Virus record (IMG/VR): IMGVR_UViG_3300045741_000352
Coordinates: 1 to 64,000 of that record
Strand: one strand, 5' to 3'
Length of the DNA stretch: 64,000 bases
Source: a virus
Position numbers and translations under genes: made by a program. This document shows, piece after piece, positions 16,331 to 26,227 of the stretch; position 1 is the first letter of the stretch, and each line of letters starts with the position of its first letter. The notes beneath the pieces were generated by a model. That model saw only the letters and a program-made list of their open reading frames with translations. It did not search any database and was not told the origin of the DNA.

Positions 16331-17368
16331 ATGGAACCGTTTATGCTCGTGGCTCCGGGCGGTTTACGTGATCCGGGGAGTAGCGGGCTCCTGGTGCGTT
16401 CGGCGCTCAATACACTGCTGGCACGCACGCTTACCGCCCCGGCGGCAGGTATTACAGTGAGCAACGGGGATGGGGTCTCTGGTAATCCGACCCTGGCCCT
16501 TGCGAACGATCTTGCTGCATTGGAGGCGATGGCAGGTACAGGGTTGGTAGCGCGGACGGCCTCAGAAACGTATGCACAGCGCACGATCACTGGTACGGCC
16601 AATAAGATTGTGGTCACGAATGGAGACGGTGTGAGTGGGGCACCCGCGCTTAATACGGGCTCGCTCGTGGTCCACACCGACCAGGCAAATACGTGGAGTA
16701 CGGGTGCACAGGATATGAGTGCGGCGACGAGTCATCTTGTGCCTGTCAGTGCGGGTTATGCTCCAACGGTAGATGGGTCTATCGGCTTTGATTCGACGCA
16801 GAAAAAATATGTGTCGGGAAGTACCACCTCGGGGAATACCGGGAGTTTCCCACGTGTACTCTCCTTCCAACAAAGCACTTCAGATACGGTTGCGAACGTC
16901 GATGCAGGGGCAACGACTGGAAGTGGAAAAGCCTTTGCGACCACCTATACTATCCCCGCGAACACGTTGCGGACAGGAAAGGTTTTGCGCCTCTCTGTGG
17001 GTTTTCTCTATAATAGCCCAGCCTCTTCAGCGTCAGTACAATTCCGTGTCCGTATCAATGGTGTAGATATTTGCAAGAGTTCGGCAAATACGGCCAGCAG
17101 TATCACTAGCTTGAGTATGTTTGCCCAATATATCATCTGGGGCACAGCGGCTCCCGGCGCCAGCGTCAGCGTTGGATGTATGGCGGTGAACGGCACGATT
17201 GTGGGTGGAGGGGCAGCGGGGTTTGCTGCGAATACCATTGGACCAGAGGTGTCTGGCGTGACGACAAATGCCAATGAAACACTAGACATGACTATCCTCT
17301 ACGGAGCCAATACACCGACACCACATAACTATTCCATGCGCTTTATGATGATTGAGGAGCTGAATTAG
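16331..17368 (+). CDS. tail-fibre-like protein
   Basis: The repeated ITVSNGDGVSGNPTLAL / IVVTNGDGVSGAPALN motif and Gly/Ser/Thr-rich composition are typical of phage fibre proteins. Confidence 0.55.
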   Translation: MEPFMLVAPGGLRDPGSSGLLVRSALNTLLARTLTAPAAGITVSNGDGVSGNPTLALANDLAALEAMAGTGLVARTASETYAQRTITGTANKIVVTNGDGVSGAPALNTGSLVVHTDQANTWSTGAQDMSAATSHLVPVSAGYAPTVDGSIGFDSTQKKYVSGSTTSGNTGSFPRVLSFQQSTSDTVANVDAGATTGSGKAFATTYTIPANTLRTGKVLRLSVGFLYNSPASSASVQFRVRINGVDICKSSANTASSITSLSMFAQYIIWGTAAPGASVSVGCMAVNGTIVGGGAAGFAANTIGPEVSGVTTNANETLDMTILYGANTPTPHNYSMRFMMIEELN

Positions 17369-17649
17369 TGGCACTCGTACTCAACCAATTGCCCTATAAA
17401 GTCAAACTCACGTCCAGAGCTACGGACTCAGCGCAAACGGGATGGCTCGTAGGTTTGACAGTAACAGACACGACAGGGGCATTAAGTAAGCGAACGACCA
17501 CTATCAACGTTCCTCAAAATGTGAATTGGGAAGATTTTTCTCAGATGATCCGGTCAGAAATTGGTATCGCCATGGTAGTTGATGCAGGAGGGCGAGCAGC
17601 TTTTATTGATTTTCTGATTACCAACAATGTTTTACTAAATATCCTGTAG
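17368..17649 (+). CDS. hypothetical protein
   Basis: GTG overlaps the upstream TAG, with GAGGAG 8 nt upstream. Confidence 0.5.
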   Translation: MALVLNQLPYKVKLTSRATDSAQTGWLVGLTVTDTTGALSKRTTTINVPQNVNWEDFSQMIRSEIGIAMVVDAGGRAAFIDFLITNNVLLNIL

Positions 17650-17656
17650 GGCTCAT

Positions 17657-18688
17657 ATGCCAGCGCCAAAGAAAAATGTCGCTTACAGCTTTGATGTGAT
17701 GTTGCCGGATAGCGCGAACCCCGGCAAGTATAAAAGCAATCCGACGCTTGCAGCCGGAGACGTGAAAGTCACAAGTGACGAAGGCGCTCTTGCCAACATT
17801 ACGAGCTTGCCAACGGTGAGCCCCGCAGCCGGGCGCAATGTGAAGGTTTCTCTTAGTCAGACGGAAATGAATGCTGACCGTATCTCTATTGTTTTTAGCG
17901 ATCAAACTGTTCCGCAAGAATGGGATGACCTTTTCATTTTCCTGTGTACAGAAAGTGCAACTCTAACAGATATTGACGGTAGGATTCCGAGTGCATTGGC
18001 AAGCAGTGGAAACATCAAAGCAGACATTGATACCATAAAAACAAATCCTGTTGTGAATGCAGGTACAGTAACATTTCCAACAACGGCGACACTTGCAAGT
18101 ACAACAAATATTACTTCTGTCGGCGCTGTCACAGGTGCAGTTGGTTCTGTCACAGGTGCAGTTGGTTCTGTCACAGCAGGTGTGACTGTTACAACGAACA
18201 ACGATAAAACAGGTTACGGTTTATCTGCTGCGGCAGTACAAGCTGTATGGGATGCGTTGACATCAGCACTGACTACAGCGGGAAGTATTGGAAAATACCT
18301 ACTTGATCACATTGTAGGAACACTTGCTGCGGGGACGCATAATCCACAGACAGGTGACGCATACGCACGTCTCGGTGCTCCAGTTGGGGCGAGTATAAGC
18401 GCGGATATTGCCGCAGTAAAAACGCAGGTAACGTCTACAGGTGTCGCGCTTACATCAGCAGAAAGAAACTCAGTTGCCGATGCCTTACTTGACCGCACTG
18501 ATGGAGTAGAAACGAGCGTCACAGTACGTCAGTCGTTGCGCCTTGCGAATGCCGCAAATGGTGGAAAAACAGACGGTATGGCGACAACAACTGCACATTT
18601 GCGTGATCTCGCTGACACAAAAAACCGTGTAACAGCTACCGTAGATGCAAATGGAAATAGAACCGCAGTAACGAGGGATTTGACGTAA
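17657..18688 (+). CDS. virion-associated hypothetical protein (fibre-like, Ala/Thr/Gly-rich)
   Basis: 343 aa with an internal duplicated GAVGSVT segment. Function is inferred from composition and position. Confidence 0.5.
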   Translation: MPAPKKNVAYSFDVMLPDSANPGKYKSNPTLAAGDVKVTSDEGALANITSLPTVSPAAGRNVKVSLSQTEMNADRISIVFSDQTVPQEWDDLFIFLCTESATLTDIDGRIPSALASSGNIKADIDTIKTNPVVNAGTVTFPTTATLASTTNITSVGAVTGAVGSVTGAVGSVTAGVTVTTNNDKTGYGLSAAAVQAVWDALTSALTTAGSIGKYLLDHIVGTLAAGTHNPQTGDAYARLGAPVGASISADIAAVKTQVTSTGVALTSAERNSVADALLDRTDGVETSVTVRQSLRLANAANGGKTDGMATTTAHLRDLADTKNRVTATVDANGNRTAVTRDLT

Positions 18689-18819
18689 TGTGGGGTGCTG
18701 CGTATTTTGCACCAAGATACTTTGCTGCACGATATTGGGGAGAAGTGGGGGCTGCACCATCTGGTAACAGCGCTACACGCATCTTTACCATGGGACTTGT
18801 GCAAAATACAGGAGCATAA
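18688..18819 (+). CDS. small hypothetical protein (43 aa, YF/YW-rich)
   Basis: TAATG start coupling. The protein begins MWGAAYFAPRYFAARYWGEVG. Confidence 0.35.
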   Translation: MWGAAYFAPRYFAARYWGEVGAAPSGNSATRIFTMGLVQNTGA

Positions 18820-18822
18820 TAT

Positions 18823-19209
18823 ATGCCCACATCTCTTGTGCGAACAAAATTTCAAGTAGGTGCTACCTATCAGAACGATCTATCTTTTGGTCCGTGGATT
18901 TTTGAACGGGCAACACCTTTTGATTTATTTCTTGCAGTAGAAATTCAGATTGCAGCGACAACATTGGCGCAAATCATTGGTGGGGCGAACCCTTCTATTG
19001 CAGCGATTACAACGATACAATTCTTAGTTATTCAACCAGATCAAAACGTGAAGATTGGTTTACATGGCGTCAACGCACAAAGTAGTGGATTCAGTCAGGT
19101 TGCAGATGGTGTTATTATCATGGACAACATAAGCATGACATCTTTGAACATTTATAATACTGCATCTGTAACAACGACCATCTTTGTTGGCGTCGGAGGA
19201 ACGGCGTAA
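18823..19209 (+). CDS. hypothetical structural protein
   Basis: 128-codon ORF with GGAG upstream, immediately before the portal gene. Confidence 0.5.
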   Translation: MPTSLVRTKFQVGATYQNDLSFGPWIFERATPFDLFLAVEIQIAATTLAQIIGGANPSIAAITTIQFLVIQPDQNVKIGLHGVNAQSSGFSQVADGVIIMDNISMTSLNIYNTASVTTTIFVGVGGTA

Positions 19210-19210
19210 T

Positions 19211-21277
19211 ATGCCGCAAACTCTCTATAACTTTATTGATCTCACGTCTGAGCAAGAGCGCAAACTTACGGAGCAGGTACTTCGTCACAAAGATGAAGCA
19301 ATGCTTGCACGTGGTGATTTCCCACTGCGCCATGCTGACCGTTATCGTCGTTACCTTGCTGATCCCACACTACGCCCACCCGGACCCTGGCCTGAATCTG
19401 CGCGTTTATTTGTTCCAACGACCCGCGATGTGCTTGAAAGACTACACGCTGAAGTATGGCAGGCGCTTTTTTCAAACATGCTTCAAATACAGATGAGACC
19501 TTTTGGTGACACAGATATCGCAGGAACAGAGATTGCCACACGCTTTTTACGTTGGACACTTGAACAGACGATTGAGTGGGAACAGGTGACAGGTGATCTC
19601 ATTTTTGATGCGCTACTTGATTCCGTAGGTGTAGCGCGTGTCTCTTCGTGGGAACCCCCCTGGCCTGCACCTTCAGAAGATGCACGACGTTTTTTACGGC
19701 GTCAGACACGCATTGAAGCGCTTGATCTTGGTATGCTGCTGGTCGCACCTGATGCAGAAGGGCTGCAATACCCGGAATGTCGTTTCATCCATCAAGAGTT
19801 TTTCCTGTCATATGACGATCTGGATCGTTTAGAACGTCGTGGTTTTGATGTGCCTGATTATGACAACATGGGCGATTCGCAGGTTCTTACTGATCGTAAA
19901 CGTATAGAGTTAGAGCGTGAAGGTGAGCGAGTCATTGAGTTCAAACCGGATTCCATTTATTACATTGACGCCTATGAACGATTCGTGTTTGACAAAGATA
20001 TCGGGGAAGAAGATTGCATCGTGTCAATCTTTCCAGACGCGCAAGTGTTTGGTACCTCAGACAACACAGAATCGAACCACGGACGTATCGCAGGGGTCAG
20101 ACGCCTTACAGACGTATTTCCACAGGATGACCGCCCACGACGACCATTCTTTCCCGTGAATTTTTGGCCCCAACCAAGGCAGTGGCGCGGCTTAAACATC
20201 CCGGATCGTCTTGAATCCATGCAGGACATGATCAACCGCTTGCACGAACAGTTGATCAATTACGGCGAAGTGTCGATGTTGCCGTTTGTATTCGTCAATA
20301 CCTTTCTCACAGGTGAGATACCTGACTTGCGTACAGTGCGACCAGGCACCACTGTGCCGATTGATGACATATCTGGTGTACAATTTGCACCAACACGCTC
20401 ACTCAACCGCCATTTCGCAGAACAAATTCAGATGATGCAGGCTAACGTTGAGCGTGATTCCAACGTGACAGACTTCAATCTTGGGCGGCAAGAAGGTGGT
20501 GCGACAGCGCCACGTACTGCCTCAGCAACCATGGCACTGCTCGCGCAATCGCGTAAGTCATTCGGTGTGCTTGTGCGTAGATCCGCTGTGCAGTTTTCGC
20601 GTATGTTGAGTTTTCATTTTCGCTTGTGGCAAGAGATTATCCCAGATGATACGTATGCAGGTATTTTTGATCCTGCTGAGAATGGTGCAACTCACGTAGT
20701 GGCAAATAGCGACCAATACACAGAAGAGTCGCCAAATTTGTGGGATAGACTTTTCAATAAACAGGCGCTCACAGATAATGGACGTGTTCCTGATAAGCGC
20801 CGAGTAGCTTTACCCATCTCGAAAGAACAGTTGTCAGGTTTTTTTGACGCAAAAATTGAAGTGAATCCAGAACAGCAATTTGATCAACAGGTAATGGGTA
20901 CACTGTACCAACTCACGGCACCTTCTTTGCAGCTCTACCCTGTTGGCCAGCGTTTACTTTTGCAGCGTATTTGGGGCGCATACGATCAAAAAGGTTTTGA
21001 CGATGTGTACCCGGAAGAAATTGCACTTATGCAGACACAAAATGTGATGCTGGCGATGCAGGTACAGATTGCGACCTATGAAGGTCAGCTCAAGCAAATA
21101 CAAGCACAGGAAGCACAGCAGCAGCTTCAACAATTGCAACAGGAAGCGCAGCAGTTTCATCAAACAGGCCAGGTTGGTCCCAATTTATTCGAGCTTGGAC
21201 AGCACGCGCTTGGACCCGGCCCGGAGCAAAGTCAAAATGGAGCGGCACCAGCGGCACCTGCACCACAAGGAGCGTAG
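19211..21277 (+). CDS. portal protein
   Basis: 688 aa located a few genes downstream of terL, with a Gln-rich coiled C-terminus. Start is at TAATATG. The call rests on size, position and general portal-like sequence character. Confidence 0.65.
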   Translation: MPQTLYNFIDLTSEQERKLTEQVLRHKDEAMLARGDFPLRHADRYRRYLADPTLRPPGPWPESARLFVPTTRDVLERLHAEVWQALFSNMLQIQMRPFGDTDIAGTEIATRFLRWTLEQTIEWEQVTGDLIFDALLDSVGVARVSSWEPPWPAPSEDARRFLRRQTRIEALDLGMLLVAPDAEGLQYPECRFIHQEFFLSYDDLDRLERRGFDVPDYDNMGDSQVLTDRKRIELEREGERVIEFKPDSIYYIDAYERFVFDKDIGEEDCIVSIFPDAQVFGTSDNTESNHGRIAGVRRLTDVFPQDDRPRRPFFPVNFWPQPRQWRGLNIPDRLESMQDMINRLHEQLINYGEVSMLPFVFVNTFLTGEIPDLRTVRPGTTVPIDDISGVQFAPTRSLNRHFAEQIQMMQANVERDSNVTDFNLGRQEGGATAPRTASATMALLAQSRKSFGVLVRRSAVQFSRMLSFHFRLWQEIIPDDTYAGIFDPAENGATHVVANSDQYTEESPNLWDRLFNKQALTDNGRVPDKRRVALPISKEQLSGFFDAKIEVNPEQQFDQQVMGTLYQLTAPSLQLYPVGQRLLLQRIWGAYDQKGFDDVYPEEIALMQTQNVMLAMQVQIATYEGQLKQIQAQEAQQQLQQLQQEAQQFHQTGQVGPNLFELGQHALGPGPEQSQNGAAPAAPAPQGA

Positions 21278-21280
21278 TAG

Positions 21281-21667
21281 TTGCTTAATCACACACAGCT
21301 CACAGCCGAAGAACGTGGAGTACTTCGTACTTTAGTGCAGTCACCGGGGTGGAAATTACTTGTTAAAGAGTGGATGTTGCCGTGTATTCAACAGGCGACA
21401 GAACAACTTGATCGGCCTGGAAATCAATCCTGGCACCAGGACTATCAACGTGGTGTGAAAGCTATTCTCAAATCAATGATTGAGATAGCATATAAGGCAG
21501 CAGAATTGCCAACACCTTTTGAGCGTAGTACACTGACACTACTTGCACTTTTTGATGATACGAAAGTTGAACAAATTGAAGTGCAAGATAGCGACACACT
21601 TTCTGTGCTATCAAACAACATACCGGAACCTGTAAGGCGATCACAACGTGTCAGCCATCCAGTGTGA
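21281..21667 (+). CDS. hypothetical protein
   Basis: TTG start with AAGGAG 7 nt upstream. Confidence 0.45.
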   Translation: MLNHTQLTAEERGVLRTLVQSPGWKLLVKEWMLPCIQQATEQLDRPGNQSWHQDYQRGVKAILKSMIEIAYKAAELPTPFERSTLTLLALFDDTKVEQIEVQDSDTLSVLSNNIPEPVRRSQRVSHPV

Positions 21668-21872
21668 CAAACAAAAATTCACACTAAAAAAGGCTGCTAC
21701 AACTGAAATTGTGCCTATAAATTGCCCACAGTGTAAAAAATGCTTGTGCGTAGCACAAATTCTATGTATCATAGAGCTGAAATGTACGCGATGTAACTCT
21801 GTGATACGCATTGAACCACAAGAGTCGCAAAGTTACCTACGTATCGGGGAGCTGTACGATGTGACACCATAA
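21648..21872 (+). CDS. Com-like zinc-ribbon protein
   Basis: INCPQCKKCL...LKCTRCNSVI: two CxxC pairs arranged like phage Mu Com. GTG start; last gene before a terminator. Confidence 0.4.
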   Translation: MSAIQCDKQKFTLKKAATTEIVPINCPQCKKCLCVAQILCIIELKCTRCNSVIRIEPQESQSYLRIGELYDVTP

Positions 21873-21927
21873 ATAGCAGTACAACACACATAGTTTATGT
21901 GTGTCAACAATTGTATACAGAGCCCCT

Positions 21928-21968
21928 AGAGGGCCAGCATTTTACACTTGCTGGCCCTCTTTTTTTTA
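21928..21968 (+). terminator. intrinsic terminator
   Basis: AGAGGGCCAGCA-9 nt-TGCTGGCCCTCT followed by T8. Confidence 0.85.
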
Positions 21969-22071
21969 TTTACGGTGTTCTCCGTAGAGCGTTGTCATCT
22001 GGGAATTGACAAAGGCTGCATACGCAGGACATTCCCAACTTTGTTAAGACACAGAAAAGGAAGAAACATCA

Positions 22072-23094
22072 ATGGCTGAAACCACCATAACTCAATCTGA
22101 CAGTGGCCCGGCTACGCTGGAACCCACGGCGATTGACCTGGAAACGGGCAGCACGTTTGTTGTAGATACTGAGACACACTCTACGGGGACAGCACAAACA
22201 CCACAGGAAATTGAACGTCTTCGTCTTGAAAATCAACAACTTGCACAGCAATTAGAGCGTCAACGGCAACAGAACTCAGGCGCACAGGCTGAAGCACGGA
22301 AGCTCGCAGAGCGCATCGCACGCCTCGAAGGTCGTGCTGAGGCTACGCCTGCAGATCAACGTGCAGCGGACAATGTTTTGCAGTCAACAGGTGGCCGTCG
22401 TCCAACGAAAGCACAAATTGCTGAAGGTCTTAATAAGTGGCTGCATAACGATGACAGTGGCCTTGATGTGTTTGAATCGCTGCTTACGACGCAATCACAA
22501 TCCGGCACGTCACTCACTGAAGATACTGTGCGCCGTATTGCAACGGAATCATTGCAACAGGCGGGTCGTGAGAGAACACTACGTGATATCGTAGGGACAA
22601 GGCACCCGGAACTCGCTGACCCACGAAGCGATTTCTCAAAAGCGGTGTGGGATAACATCGACGCTTACAGTGATGATCCGATCAATCAGGCGCTTTACCC
22701 GAAAAGTAATGAACACATGGTGCTCATGGTTGGCCCAGATGGCTCAACAAAGCCGGTATCTGCTCAACACGTAGATCGTCTGGCGGTTGAAATGAAAGCA
22801 CGTCTTGGTGTGTCGGAAGGGCGTAGGCAAGAAGCCCGTGATTCAACCATCGGCTCTGTGCAGTCGCGTGGAAATGGCAATCGATCATCGCGCAACGTTG
22901 TCGAAGCAGTTGATCTTTTAACACCCGGCGAAAAAGCCATGTTAAATGATCCGAAAATCCGTAAAGCGTGGCCGAAACTACCCGCAGATGAAAAAGCCGC
23001 AGCAAAATATATCTACGACGGTTTATCGTCTGCTGAAAAAGCCAAGCGACTTGAAAACTATCGCACTACACAAGCACAAAGGCGGACAGCGTGA
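22072..23094 (+). CDS. scaffolding-like protein
   Basis: 340 aa with coiled-coil QQLAQQLERQRQQ and charged low complexity. Lies between the portal and capsid genes. Confidence 0.45.
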   Translation: MAETTITQSDSGPATLEPTAIDLETGSTFVVDTETHSTGTAQTPQEIERLRLENQQLAQQLERQRQQNSGAQAEARKLAERIARLEGRAEATPADQRAADNVLQSTGGRRPTKAQIAEGLNKWLHNDDSGLDVFESLLTTQSQSGTSLTEDTVRRIATESLQQAGRERTLRDIVGTRHPELADPRSDFSKAVWDNIDAYSDDPINQALYPKSNEHMVLMVGPDGSTKPVSAQHVDRLAVEMKARLGVSEGRRQEARDSTIGSVQSRGNGNRSSRNVVEAVDLLTPGEKAMLNDPKIRKAWPKLPADEKAAAKYIYDGLSSAEKAKRLENYRTTQAQRRTA

Positions 23095-23408
23095 GCCGAC
23101 GTACACCGCAAATGTTCAAATATCCCAATGCCGCCTACAATCCCTGGGAACAGCGGGTTGATTGGCGTTGGTCGTGCTCTGTGTGCGGTTTTAAGGGTAT
23201 TGATCCTGAAGTCACACAGGAGCCTGAACAAGCGGTGTTCTCGACGCAAACAACAGGATCGACGTACAGCGTTGTAGCCGGTACATCTGTTGAAGGACTG
23301 TCGGCCATTGATAAAAATGTCTTTACGCAAGTAGGTACACACGCTGGCTGCCCTTTTTGCGGATCACCCAACTGGTCCTTCGGATCAGCTCCAGACCTTT
23401 TGTGGTAA
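23091..23408 (+). CDS. hypothetical zinc-ribbon protein
   Basis: GTGA start-stop overlap. Contains CSVC ... CPFC pairs. Confidence 0.45.
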   Translation: MSRRTPQMFKYPNAAYNPWEQRVDWRWSCSVCGFKGIDPEVTQEPEQAVFSTQTTGSTYSVVAGTSVEGLSAIDKNVFTQVGTHAGCPFCGSPNWSFGSAPDLLW

Positions 23409-23419
23409 GGACAGACATC

Positions 23420-23608
23420 ATGGCGAAGAATTTCATCCAGAAAGCCATCAAACACAAGGGTGCTTTTACAAAAAAAGCAAAAGCAGCCGGTGAAACGGTG
23501 TCAGAGTATGCGGCAGAAGTCACAAAACCTGGATCAAAAGCATCGACACAGACAAAACGTCAAGCAAATCTGGCTAAAACGTTGAAAAAACTCTCAAAAA
23601 AGAGCTGA
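23420..23608 (+). CDS. small basic protein (DUF3008-like)
   Basis: MAKNFIQKAIKHKGAFTKKAKAAGETVSEYA matches the pattern I recall for DUF3008. Confidence 0.4.
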   Translation: MAKNFIQKAIKHKGAFTKKAKAAGETVSEYAAEVTKPGSKASTQTKRQANLAKTLKKLSKKS

Positions 23609-23609
23609 G

Positions 23610-23843
23610 ATGTCTGACATAACTTATGTATGCAAAGATGACCCCGAAGCGAACGGAAGAACACCGCAATTCGGAGATGTGCGGTATGTTTTGATGTTCC
23701 CACTTGAAGATGGACGCACTTTAAGTGTGTATATGGGACAAGACGGTTTGAATCACATAAAAGAAATAGTCAATCAAGCGCATAGTGAGACGGCGATGGA
23801 ACGCTTGATTGCGACGGTTGAGGGATACCATGAGAATCAATGA
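23610..23843 (+). CDS. hypothetical protein
   Basis: 77-codon ORF, tightly packed with its neighbours. Confidence 0.45.
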   Translation: MSDITYVCKDDPEANGRTPQFGDVRYVLMFPLEDGRTLSVYMGQDGLNHIKEIVNQAHSETAMERLIATVEGYHENQ

Positions 23844-24213
23844 ACCTCTGAAGACACTTTCAGGCTACGTTGCACGCGCACTCCCCCTGCACAAGTGGCG
23901 GCGTCCTGATGGTCTAACGAGCTTCTTAGCCGACATGGTTGCACTGCGTAAAACGCTCTCCCTGTGCTATTCGTGCGAGCATAAAATGCCGCGAGCCTGG
24001 GAAGATCGTTACAACTACCAGCGTGTGCGTCAATTTTACGCTGAGTGTGCCAACTGTGATTGGTGCAGACATCCTGATTCTACAACGATGTTCGTAGCTG
24101 TTGAAGGTAGGTACGCTCAACAGATACGCGAAGAGAAAGCCGCCTTTGAGCGGATACGGTCTGCAGAGCGCGCTGATGAACAGCGTACTAGGCAGTATTT
24201 GATAGGTGCCTAA
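23830..24213 (+). CDS. hypothetical Cys-rich protein
   Basis: ATG 23830 behind GAGGGA. Contains CYSCEH ... CANCDWC. Confidence 0.45.
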   Translation: MRINEPLKTLSGYVARALPLHKWRRPDGLTSFLADMVALRKTLSLCYSCEHKMPRAWEDRYNYQRVRQFYAECANCDWCRHPDSTTMFVAVEGRYAQQIREEKAAFERIRSAERADEQRTRQYLIGA

Positions 24214-24230
24214 ATAGGGGGAGAACCGAA

Positions 24231-24995
24231 ATGGCACGTGCAATTGGTTCCTTGGTTGGTGGAAAAGACTACCTTGCTGATTATTTTGTGTCAGCAGCGG
24301 TCACTGTATCTCAGATTCTTGTTCGAGAAGCTACTGCATCTAACGCAGGTGAAGCGGCTGATCCGACAACGACAACGGCAACAGATTGCCTTGGCTGTGC
24401 CACAGACCAAGCGACATACACTGCGACTCCAACGCAGAACCCCGGTGCTTTCTGGCCCCCCACTTCTGGTACGCTTGAAAACCTTGTGCGTATCGAAGTA
24501 AATCCGTTTGCTATCTACCGTTTCCCCATTTCAGGAGGTGCGACGGCTGGTACGGCGCTTTCCAATGGTGCAAGCGGTGCAGGACGTAACATCCTGATTA
24601 TCAGCACAGCGGGGTCTAAGACGGTGCTCACGGCGGCTGGTACAACGGGAAATTCAGGTACAAACGATTTATCTGGTGGTTTGGTCATCGGTAAATCTGG
24701 TGCCAATGTGGGACAGATTCGTAAACTTGTGTCTCACGTTGATAACACCTCTGACACGGTGACAGTTGGTTTTCTTAACAACACTGTTCTCAATGATATG
24801 TTTATCAAAGTACCTTTTGGGCGTTCTGTGCAACGTATTCAGATGACATCTGACTTTACACAGGCAAATGGCGTCATTGCTACAGGTACGGGTGCCTTTT
24901 TCCGTGTGTTGAACGTGGTGTTCGATGAACAAAATAGTCTGGCCTGGGTTGACGCAGTTTCAGGTGATCATATGTATAACCCGGAATCTGCGTGA
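24231..24995 (+). CDS. capsid-associated protein (possible decoration or second head protein)
   Basis: 254 aa with a strong GGGGGAG site, immediately upstream of the major capsid gene. Function is inferred from position only. Confidence 0.4.
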   Translation: MARAIGSLVGGKDYLADYFVSAAVTVSQILVREATASNAGEAADPTTTTATDCLGCATDQATYTATPTQNPGAFWPPTSGTLENLVRIEVNPFAIYRFPISGGATAGTALSNGASGAGRNILIISTAGSKTVLTAAGTTGNSGTNDLSGGLVIGKSGANVGQIRKLVSHVDNTSDTVTVGFLNNTVLNDMFIKVPFGRSVQRIQMTSDFTQANGVIATGTGAFFRVLNVVFDEQNSLAWVDAVSGDHMYNPESA

Positions 24996-25003
24996 CAGAA
25001 CTA

Positions 25004-25033
25004 GTACAGCTTGTACTAATATACAAGCTGTAC
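25004..25033 (+). terminator. stem-loop between the decoration-like and capsid genes
   Basis: GTACAGCTTGTA-6 nt-TACAAGCTGTAC with no clear T-run. Could be a partial terminator or a processing site. Confidence 0.35.
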
Positions 25034-25060
25034 AGTTGTTTACATAGAAAGGATCAATAA

Positions 25061-25978
25061 GTGGCTGAAATTATTGATGTTGCAAGTTACCAAACTCTTC
25101 TGGACAGACGCTATCGTGAAATCTACGATGAGCAGATGGCGTCTACGGTGGATCAGTTGCCCATGTTTTTCAACATGGACACTTCGGATTCCTTCGAGGA
25201 ACGGCGCGGGTCTGTTGGCGAACTTCCCATCTGGCAAGCGTTTGGCGGTAATTTGACGTACACGCGGTTCTACGAGCAGTACAATGCTGTCGCTACCCAC
25301 ATCGAATTTCATCAAGCGATGCGTTTTACGCGCCGTATGATGGACGACGATCAAACGGGTATCATGCGCGGCGACCGCTATAAGAAAATGGTGGATGCGT
25401 CGATCATCACTCGTCAGGTACACGGGGCGCGTCTTTGGAACTTCATTGCATCCAACGACACGTATTTCTACAACCGTTCTGAAGCTGTACCGATTGCGTC
25501 AGCGAGTCACACAACACGCTCGCCTGGTGTTTCGACATCCACAGGTTTTAACAACACAACGACAGCCGAGTTGAGCCAGACATCGTTTCGGGCCGAGCGC
25601 CAAAAAATGCGCCGGTTTAATAATGATCAAGGCTACATTGCGAACGTCATTCCTGACACGCTGGTTGTGCCTATCGAGCTTGAACAGCGCGGTATGGAAG
25701 TGTTGTACTCGCCTGGTGATCCCGATAATGCACGTCGTAGCATGAACCCGGAAGCCAATACGGCGAAGATCATGGTGCCTCTCTACATGACTTCGAGTAC
25801 GAATTGGGGTCTGGTCAATGAAAGTATGATGCACGACAACTGCGTGTGGTTTGATCACACGAAACCGGATTTTCGTTCGATTATCGACTTTGAGACTTTT
25901 CAACTCAAAGTATCTGGCTACGGTCGTTGGTCTTTCATGGTGTTCGGTTGGCGCTGGGTGGATTGGTCCACTGCGTAA
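25061..25978 (+). CDS. major capsid protein (Mu gpT-like, HK97 fold)
   Basis: SFEERRGSVGELPIWQAFGGN and RFTRRMMDDDQTG resemble gpT-family signatures. 305 aa, with GTG behind AAAGGA. Confidence 0.7.
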   Translation: MAEIIDVASYQTLLDRRYREIYDEQMASTVDQLPMFFNMDTSDSFEERRGSVGELPIWQAFGGNLTYTRFYEQYNAVATHIEFHQAMRFTRRMMDDDQTGIMRGDRYKKMVDASIITRQVHGARLWNFIASNDTYFYNRSEAVPIASASHTTRSPGVSTSTGFNNTTTAELSQTSFRAERQKMRRFNNDQGYIANVIPDTLVVPIELEQRGMEVLYSPGDPDNARRSMNPEANTAKIMVPLYMTSSTNWGLVNESMMHDNCVWFDHTKPDFRSIIDFETFQLKVSGYGRWSFMVFGWRWVDWSTA

Positions 25979-26012
25979 CAGTACAAAATGTAATTACACA
26001 GGAGTACACACG

Positions 26013-26213
26013 ATGCCTGGATTCAATGAAACGTGTCACATGATGCCACAGTTCAAAGGTTTGTCGGGCGGACCGCACAAATTGCCTGACCTTCCGATGG
26101 AACACGACATCAGCGGCCAGGGAAATCAATCGTCTGGCAAGAGCAACAACGGTGCTGCTTATACGGCCCACAAATCGCGGGCTACCATGGGCAGTAAGGT
26201 ACTTTCCAAATAG
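26013..26213 (+). CDS. small hypothetical protein
   Basis: ATG 26013 behind CAGGAG. 66 aa. Confidence 0.4.
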   Translation: MPGFNETCHMMPQFKGLSGGPHKLPDLPMEHDISGQGNQSSGKSNNGAAYTAHKSRATMGSKVLSK

Positions 26214-26227
26214 AGGATGTTCCCCCT

